NCBI RefSeq assembly: GCF_009914755.1
Contig: NC_060936.1
Source: the human T2T-CHM13v2.0 reference genome, Homo sapiens
Strand: one strand, 5' to 3'
Length of the DNA: 64,000 nt
Shown: positions 13,662 through 26,880 of the stretch, in pieces
Numbering within the stretch: the stretch's first letter is position 1
Layout: each line of letters opens with the position of its first letter
The notes under the pieces: generated by a model
Told to the model about the DNA's origin: nothing
Databases searched by the model: none
What the model saw: the letters and a program-made list of their open reading frames with translations, nothing else
Translations under genes and position numbers: made by a program

Positions 13662-14568
13662 TTTACAGAGATCTTATGAAAGTTAAAAGTACTTATGAAT
13701 GTAAAAATGGCTTATACAGGAGCATAACACACAATCAATGTTCAATAAAGTGTGACCTGAACGTGACTGTGAATTAAAAATATTTCCTATCATTCTCACT
13801 TTCCTAGAATTTAACAGTAATGAAGTAAATTCTGGTATATCCTGTGATGCAGTTACTAAAATCCTAGAGTAGAACATTATTAACATGGGGAAAATGCTCA
13901 TGATCTATTACTAAGTGAATAGTATTTTATATTATTTTTGTTTTTTAAAAAACACTCAACACATACACACACACACACAGACACAAAAAGGGTTTTTACC
14001 AAACTTTTCTGTACTAAGCATTTATCCTTTTCTATTTAGGGACAGAAAGTTAAAATAGAAATTTTAAAAGGAGCTATGGCAAAAAAAAAAAAAAAGTATT
14101 GTATGGTGGGTCCATCAAGCATGACAATGGAAGGAAGGCACTAAAAGCAGTGGGGAGTGTGGAGAGGGTAAGGAGAAGCCAAGAGTGGGGGAAGGGAGAG
14201 GGAGAAAACAGGTCAGAGTGAGGACGAGGTAAGTCAGGGCTCAGAGTCAGAGGAGCCTTGTCTTCCATGCGTTTGTTGCTGGGATTGCCAAAATGCCTGC
14301 GGAGATACAGGGTCGCGTCTCAGCCATGCAGGCCACAAACATTCAAAGTTCACTGGGGGAACTGGGAGCCGGAGGAATTCTGAGCCCAGGGGGCTTTAGA
14401 TGCCCTGATTTTTCTGTCTCAGATCCACAGAAAGGGTGATTTACTTGCCTGCTTACGCAAAAGCTAACAGATGACCTAGATGGCCTCCCATGTGGCTTTC
14501 AAGTCTAGGAGACTGATTTACTAGGGTTTTGATTTATTCTCCTCCAATGAGCAAGAAACCAAAAGCTA

Positions 14569-14587
14569 TCACCGCTAGGTGGCATGC
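14569..14587 (+). promoter_or_regulatory. Candidate CTCF site
   Basis: CCGCTAGGTGGCA at 14572-14584 fits the CC(A/G)(C/G)(C/T)AG(A/G)(G/T)GGC(A/G) core. It lies in non-repeat sequence and the CpG is retained. Confidence 0.5.
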
Positions 14588-15810
14588 CCCAAATACTATT
14601 AAACTTTGAAACTGGCAGAAAAGTTGGTATCTCAGGGAATCACACACACTCTATAAGTCAAAAGCACTGCTAGAGGCAACAAGATGATCATAGAAGATTT
14701 TCAGTTTCTCACTGTTAAAAACAAAAATCATCAAGCAAAACCACTGTAACAATAACAAACACTCCTTTCCCAAATAATATATTAAATGCGTTTCTCATGG
14801 ACACATCCTGGAATCCCCCTGGGAAACATGGCCCCCATACCCCTATCAGTGCCTATAACAATCTCCTCCTTTCCCAACCAAAATAAACAAGTGTCCCCTA
14901 TCATATGCCAAAAGCAGAAGTAGGTCTCTGATGTCATCAAAGAATAATGTACAACCACAGATACAAGATTTGCATGAGCTGAAGTAGGACAAGAAATTCC
15001 CCACACAGGATCTATTATGGTCGAGAAAGGACAAGAATGGGACCCAGGCCAGAAAGAATATACTTCTTTTGACCTAATAATCTTCTCTTTCTAAATATCA
15101 CTGCCACTGTCAGGATCTCTATATTAAGCTAGAGCTGTTAGTCATTTACACCTTAATGTGGATTACTTTTCTCTGCTGTCTTTTCTCCGGAACGTTACAT
15201 GTCATTGGTTATTCTACAAGAATAAAATTTTAGTTGAATGGCTAAAAAGAGGAATGATTTTAGAGCACATGAAAGGAGTACCCAGAAAGGACAGGACAGG
15301 GTAGGGCCTTGAACTTGAGGACTCTGCATATGGCTGCAGAGGGTCACCAAGCTCTTGGCATTTTTGAATGAGGAGAGGAGAGTGTAGATGGAGAAATAAT
15401 TAAAGGGAAGTGCTGAAAGAAAGGGATGTGGCAAGACACATTTTGCATAATTCATAGATTTGCCTAGGACTATCTGGATGCCTAGTGATGAAATGTGAAG
15501 AAATACAGACAATTTGGTATTTTCCAACTATGTAACTCTAACAGGAAATTCCCTGTATTGTCCTATATTTAAATAAATTAAATATATGAGATGTGACAAT
15601 AAATACAAGGGCAGATTTTTTTAAGCAAACACACATGTATAGACACACAAATGAGTTATTATCCCTTTCAAAGTATTCACCCATTTTAATAATGCAAACC
15701 GTTTTGGAAGCTCCTCTTTTAAAATTGACACATATCTTTTGAAAACCCAGTGCTAACACAACAGCATTCTTTCTGAAAGTGGATTTCATTTGTTGAAAGA
15801 GTCAAAAGTT

Positions 15811-15928
15811 GGCTGGGTGTAGTGGCTCACCCCTTTAATCCCAACACTATGGGAAGTAAAGGCAGGAGATAGCTCGAAGCCAGGAGTTCAAGATCAGCCT
15901 TGGCAACATAGCGAGACCCTATCTCCAC

Positions 15929-15957
<29 letters not shown>
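15811..15957 (+). mobile_element. FLAM_C / AluJ left monomer with long poly-A
   Basis: ggctgggtgtagtggctcac...ggcaacatagcgagaccctatctc followed by an A-run. Confidence 0.88.
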
Positions 15958-15961
<4 letters not shown>

Positions 15962-15963
15962 CT

Positions 15964-16095
15964 GGCCTGGTGCGGTGGCTCACACCTGTAATCCCAGCAC
16001 TTTGGGAGGCTGAAGTGGAAGGATTGCTTGAAGCCAGAAGTTCAACACCAGCCTGGGCAATACAGTGGGACCCCATCTCAATAAAAAATATAAAA
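15964..16095 (+). mobile_element. Second FLAM_C / AluJ left monomer
   Basis: ggcctggtgcggtggctcacacctgtaatcccagc...gggaccccatctc followed by an A-rich tail. Confidence 0.88.
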
Positions 16096-16239
16096 TTTTG
16101 AAAAAGTCATTTGGAGCTAAATTTGGCAAACAGAAAGGATGATCAATAAGAATGTTCCATTTTTGGTCAAAACTGAAGCACGACTCAGAAGTATGTGCTC
16201 TAGTATCACACTGGGCCACAATCCTTCTTCCACCATTTT

Positions 16240-16400
16240 ATTAGCTCTGTGAACATAAGCAAGTTATGAAATCATTATTTGCCTCGGTTCTCTCATCTAT
16301 AAAATGCAAATGATAATAATACCTACCTGATAATGTTGCTACGAGATTAAATGACATAATGCATACAAAATACTTACATGGTACTGTAAGTATACGTGGT
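16240..16400 (+). mobile_element. MIR
   Basis: gcctcggttctctcatctataaaatg...aataatacctacctg...gagattaaatgacataatgcat. Confidence 0.8.
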
Positions 16401-17724
16401 AAGTAAGTATACACGGTACTGTATAGGGGCAAATGCCAAATAAATAGTAATAATGTTAGTAGTGGCAACAGCAATAATAGTAGAAGTGGCAGCAGCCACA
16501 GTAATATGTGGCTTGTAAACCTAAGGAGGCAATTTTTAAAATATGTAGCCTCCCAACTAGCAACTTTCAATAACTGCACCAATTTGCATGTGTATTCTGA
16601 CATATTTTTAATCTTGTTTTTTTGTTTCTTAACCCATTCTTATTTAAACTCAGATGGCACATATTTTCCAAAGAGTTCCCTCCAGTCAGTGAAGAATATT
16701 CAGAGAGGCAGCTTCTGTACCAGTGGTTTAAAATTATTGTACCAATACATTAGAATTCATGAAGATGCTCTATTATCTAGACATGTCAAATTATATGTCT
16801 TGTTAATTCACAATAAATATGTATCAAGCAAATGCCGATCATTTTCTAAAAACTGCTAAAACAGATTAAATCAGTCACTGACTAAAATAGATCTACTCAA
16901 TCAATATATAATTATTGACCATAAATTTTGGGCTGTATGGTCTGGTCTCTGGGGTAACAACCAGAGATATACGGATGAACCAAACAGATATAGCAGACCA
17001 ACAGGAAGTTCTTGGATTCTCAAAACTACTTCCAGCTAAGGGACACACACACACAAATACATAGGGCACCTCTGGAAGAACACTCAATACACTAGCAATA
17101 GTGATTGTCTCTGGGGAGCAATTATTTAATACTACTTTGAACTGTTCAAGTTACCTTATGCATGCGTTACCTTTTCAAAAAGTAAATAGAAGTTAAAAAT
17201 TTAAACTTTTATATACAACAAAAAATGGAGTAGTTTCTTCAAACCTGCTATGCTGATTCACATCTATTTTAATGATGTGAAATATCTGTGCTTACCTCTT
17301 CACTTAGAAAATTAAATCATTCACTTCAATATAATACTGTTATTGATCCCAGTCCATTAATTACTCCTAATTTCCCTTGTAAGCACATAATAACAGCTGT
17401 GCAACCCATCAGTCCACATGCCACGGTGATGGCCTGTTGAAATGCTTTGCTGAAGAATTTGGTCATGGAGGGGTTATCAGGATATTGTCATCTTTCTGGG
17501 TAACCATTTCCAAAGCTGGTGAGCAGAGTCTAAAGCCAACTCAGCATAGCCATCCAGCATCCTCCTCATCCATCAGCTGCATGTCTTCCCAAGGTGCTAA
17601 GCAATGACCTTCCTCCATGAACACTGAGGCTCATTTTCTTCTTTGAGGCTCATTGCTATGTTCTCAACTCCAGAGAGTAGTATGTCCTTCAGGTTTAAAC
17701 TTGCCAAAAAAAAATCCATAAATC

Positions 17725-18125
17725 AATCAGCAAACATTTATAAATCATCTCCCACATTCAAGGTACTGTGATGGATGTTTCAGGGATGTCAAGAAATATA
17801 AAATGTGGTTTCTAAACTCTAAGAGTTTATTGTCTAGTTAGAGAACTAAAACACATAAAAATTCAAAACATGGAACCATACAAGTAGAATACTAAAAGTA
17901 CCAAATTAAGAGGTTAAGGGGGAAGAGGCAATAATATTTATCAAATGGCTGTGCACTGTGCTAGGTGCTTCACATGTCCATTTCACTTAATCATCCTTCC
18001 AGTTCCACTTTGAATTCCATTTTATAGACTTGGAGGTGAAGAAAGTTGCCTAAAATCACACAGATGATCATGGCAGGGCTTGCGTTTAAATTAAAGTAAG
18101 CCTGATTCCAAGGCCCTGCTCTTCT
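17725..18125 (-). mobile_element. L2 3' end (about 17725-17900) followed by MIR (about 17930-18125)
   Basis: caaacattta...ctctaagagtttattgtctag, then gcactgtgctaggtgctt...ccattttatagac. Confidence 0.6.
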
Positions 18126-18999
18126 GACTCAAGCTTTGTCTTCCCAATATATATCACGATCCCCGTAGAAAATAAGTGCTCTAAGGATTAATTGAAACAA
18201 GTTATCACTTTGAATGGTAGCATAAGGCATCATGAACAGGATGTGAAATTTGAGAAAAGCTTTTAAACAGGTTAAAAACCCAAGGATGAGTAGAATGTTA
18301 TAAGGTAAAAGGAAGGAAGAAAAATCTATTTCCATCTGTAAGAAAGTGCCTGTACTACAGTGTAGAGATGGAAGAGCCCAAGCTGGTGAGACGACCATTC
18401 TGTGTTGTGCCTGATCTGGTTACCTGCTCATCTCAGTACAGGTATACAGCATGGTCCTGGAAGTGCAGAGGTGCTTTAGGGACCAGCCAACCCATGAATA
18501 AGTGGGCTCTTCTTGGGAGGCAGTATTCCTGCACATACAATAGGAAAGGCATGGGCCAAACATCTCCAAGCCTTATATCTTCTCAGGGATTCTTGGTGTA
18601 TGTCAGTGGCCCATCATACAAGACCAACAATTTTACTTAATTATAGGTAATGAATATATTAAAATGAACATATAGATATTTTGGAGTAGAATCCAGCATT
18701 AACATGGATTTTGTTAGTACAAGGTATTAATGTAATGCCATGCTTGTAATGGGCCCCATGAGCTCTGGCCCAGACGGCTGGGATTCATAGTTTGTACTCC
18801 TCTCCCATTAGGGGTTTCTCAGGGTGAGGACTGAGAGGTGCTGATATGGAGGAGACACACATGTGGCATAGCACATGATATTGTGGAGGCAAAAAGAGAG
18901 GAAAAGAGGGTCTATAATGGCCCTCCAGATCTCCATGTTCTGATGTCTGTTGTCATCCATACTCTCGTGTTGTTTGTTTCTTGCCTTGACTAATGAATA

Positions 19000-19810
19000 A
19001 AGTTCTCATTAGGAACACTCCATGCGTTACTAGGTCCTCATAGTCATCTTCGGCTTTGCACTTTGTCTCATATCCCACATCTGATCCATCAGCAAATCCT
19101 GTTGTCTCTACCTTGTAAGTGTACCCAGAATCCAACAGCGTCCCCACCTGTACTGCCAACACCCCATCCCAATGTTCACTGTCACTCCCCTGCTTCATCG
19201 CCACCGTGGCCTCCCAGTTGGCATCCCTACCTCTGCCCTTGCCTGAGAGAGTCTACTCTCCACAGCAGCCGGGGTGCTCATGTGATAACATGCATCACAT
19301 CATGAGGCTGCTCTGCTCCATGCCCCCAGGAACAGGCTATCCCCCTCAGAGTAAAAGCCCAGGACCTCCAAATCCCCTGCAAGGCCCCACCGGTCCTTTC
19401 CAACCACCCCATCTGTCCTCCCTTCTCTCACCATTACCCAGCCACATTGCCTGTTTACTGTTTCTGAGGAAGTCATCTATCTCCCTCCTCAGGGCTCTTG
19501 TACATTCTGTTTGTTTTCCCTGACACGCCCTTCCTCAGATATCCCTGTGGCATTACCCTTTCCATCTCTAGACCTTGGCTCAAGTGTCACTTTTTCAGGG
19601 AGACCTTCCCTAACCATCCCCGACATGCTCTGCTATCTGCTCTGCTATCAACATCTGACAATCCACTTATTAAACATGTTTATTGCCTGCTTCCCTCTAC
19701 CAAAATGTCAGTTCCATGAGGGTGAGGATTGTTATTTCACTCATTCCCAGCTCCTTGAGCAATGCCTGATGCATCTTTGGCATGCAACAAATAATAGTCG
19801 AATAAATTCA
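19000..19810 (+). mobile_element. L2 LINE 3' region
   Basis: ccatcagcaaatcctgttg, ctcagagtaaaagccc, cctcagggctcttgtac, gagaccttccct, gttccatgagggtgagga and an L2-like tail. Confidence 0.8.
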
Positions 19811-19879
19811 TCTACCTGGTAGTCCTTGGCTGGAAAAAGTTTTTGATTTTTTGTCTTTATAAAGCAAAGATGAAACTAA

Positions 19880-20230
19880 ACTACCTGCCAAAAAGACAAA
19901 GAGAAATTGCATTTAAATAAAACTTAAAACAAGTTGCAGAATTTGCATAGTATAATCTCATTTTCAGTTTTTAAATTGTATGTGTGGGTATATATTATTG
20001 AACACTAACTGCATGCTAGCAGCTTGATAAACGGACTATACATGAGCTATGTACTATACTCATATAAATGTTCATAATTGCATAATAAAAGCACTGGAAA
20101 ACACGTACCAAACTGTTAGCAAGTGGGAGTGAGGTTTGAGGGACTTGAGAGAAGACTAGCTTTTACTTTACACCATTCTTCATTAATTGAATGCTTTACA
20201 ATGGAAATATTTTATAAATACAAAAAGAAA
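19880..20230 (+). mobile_element. Old L1M 3' UTR relic
   Basis: ctggaaaacacgtaccaaactgttagcaagtgg...ttttactttacaccattctt...ttgaatgctttacaatg. Confidence 0.5.
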
Positions 20231-20559
20231 AACATCTGAAGAAACTCAATATCAGCGCCATTTCTACTGAAAATTTTTCATCTTGCAGTTTTAACTTCTC
20301 ACAGAATCCTTTCCTTTGGACTTGAGGCCTCTGAACCTGTGCTAATTGCACTCTGTCAGGAATTCGTCCTTGGCGACCATAGAAAATATTACAGGTGTCT
20401 GTGCTACCCAGAAAGCAAAGGGTTGTGGTGCTTTCTTTTTTCCTTTGAGTTACATTGCGACTGGCACAGTTATGAAATGAGAAATGTTACACACAAGATT
20501 GCCACAATCCCCATTTTTGGCTTATCTTTATGTCCCATACATTCTTTTAAGATTTCTAT

Positions 20560-21150
20560 CGCCTCAGTATTGTCGATTTCCACATCCACAGCCTAACAAC
20601 GTGGTGCAATCGCCCTTTGCGACGCCGCAGACCAACAGACGGATGCTGCCCTGCTGCAGTTTCACAGCACACCGGGTCTTTCCGCTTCAGCTGGACAGAG
20701 GCCCAGCCAGGCCGTAGGGAGGATTCCGAAGGTCTCTCTGCAGAGGACCGGCCTCTCAGACCGAGAAGGCTCCACCCAGGCAGGAAAGGACACTGTATGT
20801 GGGGCAGTCGGCCTGGGCCCCATGGCTCGTGTTTGTTGCTGAATTGGGCAACGTGGGCTGCGGTTCACAGGGCAACAGAGACTTCACCACCTAACACATC
20901 GGGGCTGGTGCAGCTGAGGAGGGCTGCTTCTGCCTCTTGGTGACCACGCCCTTTCCCAGGCTGGGCCCACAGGAAGTCTGGCCGGGAAGGGAGGAGGCAC
21001 TGCAAGCTGTGGGAACCACACCGGCTCCTTCACTGCTGACAAAGATCTACTCCACCCCCACCGAGAAACTAGCTCAGAACCAGCTTTCCTCCTCCTCCGC
21101 AGCCCTCATGCCCTGAATGGCTGACTTGGGGGATGTTTACACTCATTTTT
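20560..21150. promoter_or_regulatory. Non-repeat CpG-enriched candidate enhancer/promoter
   Basis: About 24 CpGs in about 540 bp (hand count) against a CpG-depleted background. KLF/SP CCACGCCC at 20944-20951, ETS CAGGAAGT at 20970-20977, RUNX AACCACA at 21014-21020, FOX TGTTTACA at 21134-21141. Confidence 0.5.
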
Positions 21151-21224
21151 TTCATACTTAAGGGGGTGTGGGTGCCAGATCAACTTGCTCACCACTCAGA
21201 CCGCACACAAGAAGCCTTATGTTG

Positions 21225-21790
21225 AAACTTGTTCAACCTCCAGTAACCAAGTCATGCAAGTGGAGAAAACTAGATAGCATTGCACACACACATATACATA
21301 CACAGGCATATATAGACACATATATATCCATATATATGTGTTTATGTGTGTGTGCAATTATCTTTATACATATATTTAAAAATTTTATATATATATATAC
21401 ACACACACATATATATATAATTTTAATGCTAATAATGCTTGCCAAATGCTTGGTTTCAGTTGACTGCTGGTGGAGTGTACAACCTTGGTACAACCTCTCT
21501 GAAAGGCAATTTGACAACAGATATCAAAAGCCTTAAAGGTTTTCATATCCACAGTAATTCCACTTCAAGAATTTAAAGAAACATAAAATGTATATACAAG
21601 GTTGTTCCTTCTAAGGTTACAGCTACAAGTATAGACTACTTTAAAGCCATTCAAAATAATCTTTTGGAAGGTTTTTAAGGGGATAAAAAAGTCACCATAA
21701 TAAATGAAAAGCCCTACATTTATATAAAAATGGGCATAGTCTCACATAAAAATATGTGTGTGCATATGTATCTATGCATGTGAGTGTTTC
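21225..21790 (+). mobile_element. Old L1M (ORF2 end/3' UTR) containing a CA/TA microsatellite (21281-21420)
   Basis: tgttcaacctc, ctgctggtggagtgtac...ttggtacaacctctctgaaaggcaatttgacaa, cagtaattccacttc. Confidence 0.65.
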
Positions 21791-21809
21791 TGTGTACATA
21801 GAGAGAAGG

Positions 21810-22520
21810 AGCACTTCCTTTCTCTTGAACTACCCTCTGCCCTTGGTTTCCAATCACTGCATTCTTTCCTAGTTTTCTTCCTAGTCCACTGGCTGCTCCT
21901 TTGTTCTCCCATATTGCATCCTTCTCCTCTTCCCAACCAATCCATATTAGAGGGCTCAACCTCTGTCCTCAGACCTCCTGGCCATCTACATGTCACTCCT
22001 GAGACCATCTCCCCTACATCCTCTCTATGCTGATAATCCGCCAGATAAAATCTCCCTGCCTGTCCTCTTCCCCTAAGCTCCCGACTAGAAATCCTCACTC
22101 AGGTGTGAAATTCTTACTTGGCCTTCTTATATCCAAAATGGAACTTTTGATTTCCATTGCTGTCTCCTCCCCCTCACACACACACACACACCTGCTTCCG
22201 TCTCATTGTTTCCCATCTCAGTAAATGGATCATCATTTCACAAGAGATGGGACTAGAAACCAGGGCATCATATGCTTGATGCCTTCCTTCTTCTCTCATA
22301 CCTTACATCCAACCCATTAGTAGCAAGTCCTGTTGTCTCTATGTTCAAAATATGCACCAAATCCAGCCCCTCTCCTCATCAGCACTGCCCACTCCTCTGC
22401 CACCAGCATCTCTCCCCCAGACTTCTATGAGAGCCTCCCCGTTAGTCTCCCTGAATTCACACTGCCCGCCTACAATCTGTTCTCCATAAAGCAACTAATG
22501 ATCCTTTTATAAAATAAATT
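21810..22520 (+). mobile_element. L2 relic (contains (CA)9 at about 22175-22191)
   Basis: cccttggtttcc, ccatctcagtaaatgg, agcaagtcctgttg, tgttctccataaagcaac. Confidence 0.7.
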
Positions 22521-23166
22521 ACATCAGAAGGCATGAAACCTATAAACAAAATGTTAAAAGTTATCCAGGAATGATGAGATTATGGGCTGTTCTTATTTTA
22601 TTCTGTCTGCTTCTCTACTATTTGTCACATTTCTAACAATAAACACATTTCACTTTTACCAGTAAGAAATCAAAATGTTGTTTTGAAAAAACAAAATTAC
22701 AGGTTTCAGGTTGACAGGGTAGGAGTTTAGCTTCCATGAATCAGCCCTGACAAACCAATACCAAGCAAGCTACAGAGCAGTAATGAGTTCCCAACCTCCA
22801 AAGGCAGCAGCAAGAAGCAAGGAAGAATGTCCTAAACCAAGACAGCAAATACATGGCACTTGTGATGCCACTTCTGCCTCGTATACACATAACTGACATC
22901 ACTAAATGACTGGCACCATTGCCAGCTGAGCCTGGATGCAGCCTCATATCCTTCTCAACACAGAGGCAGCCACTATCATTCAATTAGGGTTGACACTTAC
23001 ATATTTACCATCTGTAATAAGCATTCTATCTCAGGATTGTGGAGTTAAATTATTATGCTACTTTATAAAAGAATATAATGCACTCAATATTTTCAAGTTA
23101 CTTTTACATCTAAAATCTCATATACCTTCACAAAACCTCAGAAGGTAGGAAGAGCAGGTATTTTTT

Positions 23167-23315
23167 TAATTTTTATTTTTACTTTAAGATCTGGGGTACA
23201 TGTGCAGGATGTGCAGGTTTGTTACATAGGTAAATGTGTACAATGGTGGTTGGCTGCACCTATCAACCCATCACCTAGGTATTAAGCCCAGCATGCATTA
23301 GCCATTTTTCCTAAT
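23167..23315 (-). mobile_element. Short 5'-truncated L1PA (PA7-PA10-like) 3' end inside a MIR
   Basis: actttaagatctggggtacatgtgcaggatgtgcaggtttgttacatagg. TSD aagagcag(g/a)tattttt at 23150-23165 and 23316-23331. Confidence 0.9.
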
Positions 23316-24429
23316 AAGAGCAGATATTTTTACCCCCCTTTTAATAGAATTGAGGGCCACAACAGTTAAAGTCACACAGCAGAGCCCTGGTCTCCTCATG
23401 GCCACACTCCCCTGTGCTTTTCTGTGGTTCCCATAAACCTCTGCAGGCTCTGAAAGAGGTCAGAACCTCACATCCCAGCAGAGGTAAATGTAGGGGCCAA
23501 GGATAGCACCAAACCTGGACAGAGATGGGCCACAAGTGATGCATAGTCCGTTACTATTGACAACTTTGAAAATAAATAGTGAAGACACAGATGAAGGGAC
23601 ATTCACAAATTTCATAACAAAAGCCATCATCCTCTTCAGGGGCAGGACCTCTAGAAGCCAAACATGTTTGTTGGTCACCATAGCAACCATGAACTGCCTG
23701 CCACCCCTCCATTTGACCTATTCTGAAGTAGCTTTTTTTAAGGACTCCCAAGCCTGCAAAGAACAGATTGCTCAATTGGCTTTAGCATCTTTTCACACTT
23801 TGCTGTTCCCTTCTCTGCGGTTGTACACAGGTTCAATGCCCAAGAAAAATGAAGTATCCACATGACCGCCATGAAGCAGAATTCAAATTTCCACTGCTGT
23901 CCCATCTGCCTGAAGTAAGCCGCTTACTCCATAAGCCACTAAGCAATTAATTGCTGTCAGAGATAGTTTGACCCCTGTCCTTGGCAAGCCAATTCATGAA
24001 ACTCCTAGGGCAGGAAATAAGTGGAGAAAACTCATATTCCCAAAGGAATGGGTGTGGTGCTCTCAAACAGAAAAGACTGTCAGGAAGATTCCTTTCTGTA
24101 ACATACAGGACCACGTGGCAACATCAGCAATTGGAGAAGTTTGTCTTCTCTTCAGTCCCTGCTTTGACTTCCTTCCCCTCACACATACACCTCACCCTCC
24201 CATTGATTGCTCCACCTGCTCCCCACCCCCCTAAGGCATTCTCTGCCTCCCCTCTTCAGATACCCCCAAAGGTTGGATCCTTTATATTATTTTCTCACCT
24301 TTATGCCTTTTTTGTAATAAAATACTCTGTCTCTTTGGTGGATATGCAAGTGAGAGAGCCATCCTTTGACCAGTGAATTTTTCTGATATTACAGTAAGAC
24401 TAATCCTGATCCAAACTCTTTCTACATAT

Positions 24430-24746
<317 letters not shown>

Positions 24747-26159
24747 CGCTCTTTCTACATATCTTTGATGCAGGGGTGGAGTAGGGGTACAGGAAATGTA
24801 GAGTCCCTGGATCGTGCTGCCAGCCCCACCTCCTTTAACTTTATTCCGCCCCCATCTGCCTTAAGACCACAGACCCCAGGATCCAGAGAACTTTGCTCCA
24901 AGTATGTCTTTACCCTGCCCCCAGCCACTCCACCCACCCCTACTCTTGGCAAAGGACAGCCTAAGACCTTCAGATGTGCTGGGTGACAGTGATTACACCG
25001 TAGCGCATACCACTGCCGAATAAATGATGGGCTGAAGTCTGAATCCCAGGACTGGAACACCATGCTGGTCCTCCCACTTGTTAATGATATGAGTGGACTC
25101 TAATTTCTTCTTCAGAATAATAATTGCTACCAGGTACTGTGTGCCCATATGATAATTAATCTAGCACCGTCAGAGAATACCATGAATGCCAATTATAGAT
25201 GACAGAGAGACAAAGGGAGATGAAAGAAACAAAGTGTGTTTTGGCTGAATGAAAGCTATACTGTATCAATAAATTGTTTATAGGGTGTTCCTTATTGCCA
25301 TGCAACCCAATAAAATTAGATGCTCTATTCAAAATGTGCCACACTAAGTTTGTTGTAAATTTAATTCAGTTATAACAGCTGGATCTATGCTGGGCCATTT
25401 GCTCACAATCAAAACAAAAAAAAGGACACCCTTCCTCCCCATTCCAGGAAGAAGAGAAATGGTATCGCTAACATGCCTCATGTTACAGTCTCCTGAGTTG
25501 TCCAGCTCCCCATTTGCACTTTTCTATATTACTCTGTGCTACTCACAAACCTCTCAGCTCCGTGGATCCCATAAATTCCCAGGTTTGCTCAAGGGCCCGG
25601 ACTGGGCAAAGGGAAATAGGTCCCTCTGGGCAAACAATGATGTGGCTTAACTGCGCTGACAAATGCTGATCAAATGGCTGGCATTCCCCAGTGGGAAGGG
25701 AAGGCAAAGAAAGGGAAGCAGGCAGCAAGCAGGTGGGTGAGAAGGAAGTTGTTTGCACTTGAAATGGTCGGTGACAAGATATTCCCATAAACCACCAGAT
25801 GTCATTCAGATCTACTGTCATCCTAAAAAATGGCAGCTCCAGAGCCTGCCTGTTTCAGCAGCGAGGTTTCACATCTGGGTCAGCCACTAGGCTGGATGTC
25901 AAAACACAAGGAAACATGATAACTCGGGGAGTGTAGTCATATGTTTGCTGACTGATAATCATAGGGTCCCAAAACAACAGGCTTGGAAGGAGTCTAGTCC
26001 CCCACACCCAGCAGGGAGTATTCGGTCATAGGGTTAAGACAAAACCATGCACAAGAACTCACCATGTGGATTCCCCACTCCCAACTCCACTCCCACTCAC
26101 AAATATCTTAGACATACTCTGCCAGGGCACGGAGGCGTATCCCAGTGTCCCATCGAAGC

Positions 26160-26880
26160 AAAACTATCATGGGCCTCCTACTGCCCTAAGAGTGAAATCC
26201 AAACCCATGACCAGGGCCTGCAAAGCCTGGCAAACCTCTCCTGGTGCTGCTGCCCCCTTGTTCACCTGACTCAGCCCCTCTGGGCTCCTTTCCACCCCTT
26301 TTCCCTTTCTCAGAGCCTCTGCACATGACGTTCCCTCCGCCTATACACCTCTGACACCACCTATCCTCACAAACAGCCCCAGTTCTGCACACATGTCCCA
26401 GGGCCTTCCACTCCTTCAGTCACCCAGCTAATGCTATGGAGGCCTGCAGTGCCCAGGCACAGCAGTGAACAGCAAAGCCCTGCCCTCGTGGAGCTTACAT
26501 TCAAGTTGGAGGAGACTGGAAATAAACAAATAAACCAGGAAAGAGTAAAATATTCTGTCAGTTGGTGTTAAGTACTGTGGAGATGAAAGCACAGCAAGGA
26601 GTGAAGGGGGTAAGCAAGGGTGAGGGAGGGGGGTATTACTTCCTTATCAAAAGATCTTTCCCGAGGTTCTCTCTCTTAGCCTTCATCTATTTCCTTCCTA
26701 ATGCCCATCACAATGTGTAACTTTCTATTGTATGGGTTTGTTTGTTGTTATTTTTAATCTGTTATCCCCACTAGTATGTAAAGTCCATGTACGTAGGAAC
26801 TACTGCTGCCTTCTTTTCCATGTTTCCCAGCACTTATGGCTGGACTAGTAGGTCCTTGATAAATTTGTTGGATGAATGGA
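26160..26880. mobile_element. L2 fragments: + (about 26160-26400), - (about 26430-26640), + 3' end (about 26660-26880)
   Basis: agagtgaaatccaaac; ccctgccctcgtggagcttacattc...ggagac; tagtaggtccttgataaatttgttggatgaatg. Confidence 0.65.

Larger units (their letters stand above)
15610..16190. mobile_element. MARNA-like mariner relic split by two FLAM monomers
   Basis: ttcaaagtattcacc, gttttggaagctcctcttt, gtggatttcattt, aaaagtcatttggagctaaatttgg, ggatgatcaa, tttttggtcaaaa. A possible inverted piece lies at about 16540-16640. Confidence 0.55.

Noticed and set aside
20484-20943. Overlapping ORFs in the CpG-rich segment, and a minus-strand frame AVDVEIDNTEAIEILKECMGHK...
   Set aside because: Stop-poor because GC-rich. 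No recognisable protein and poor acceptor context. No poly-A tail or TSD to suggest a processed pseudogene.
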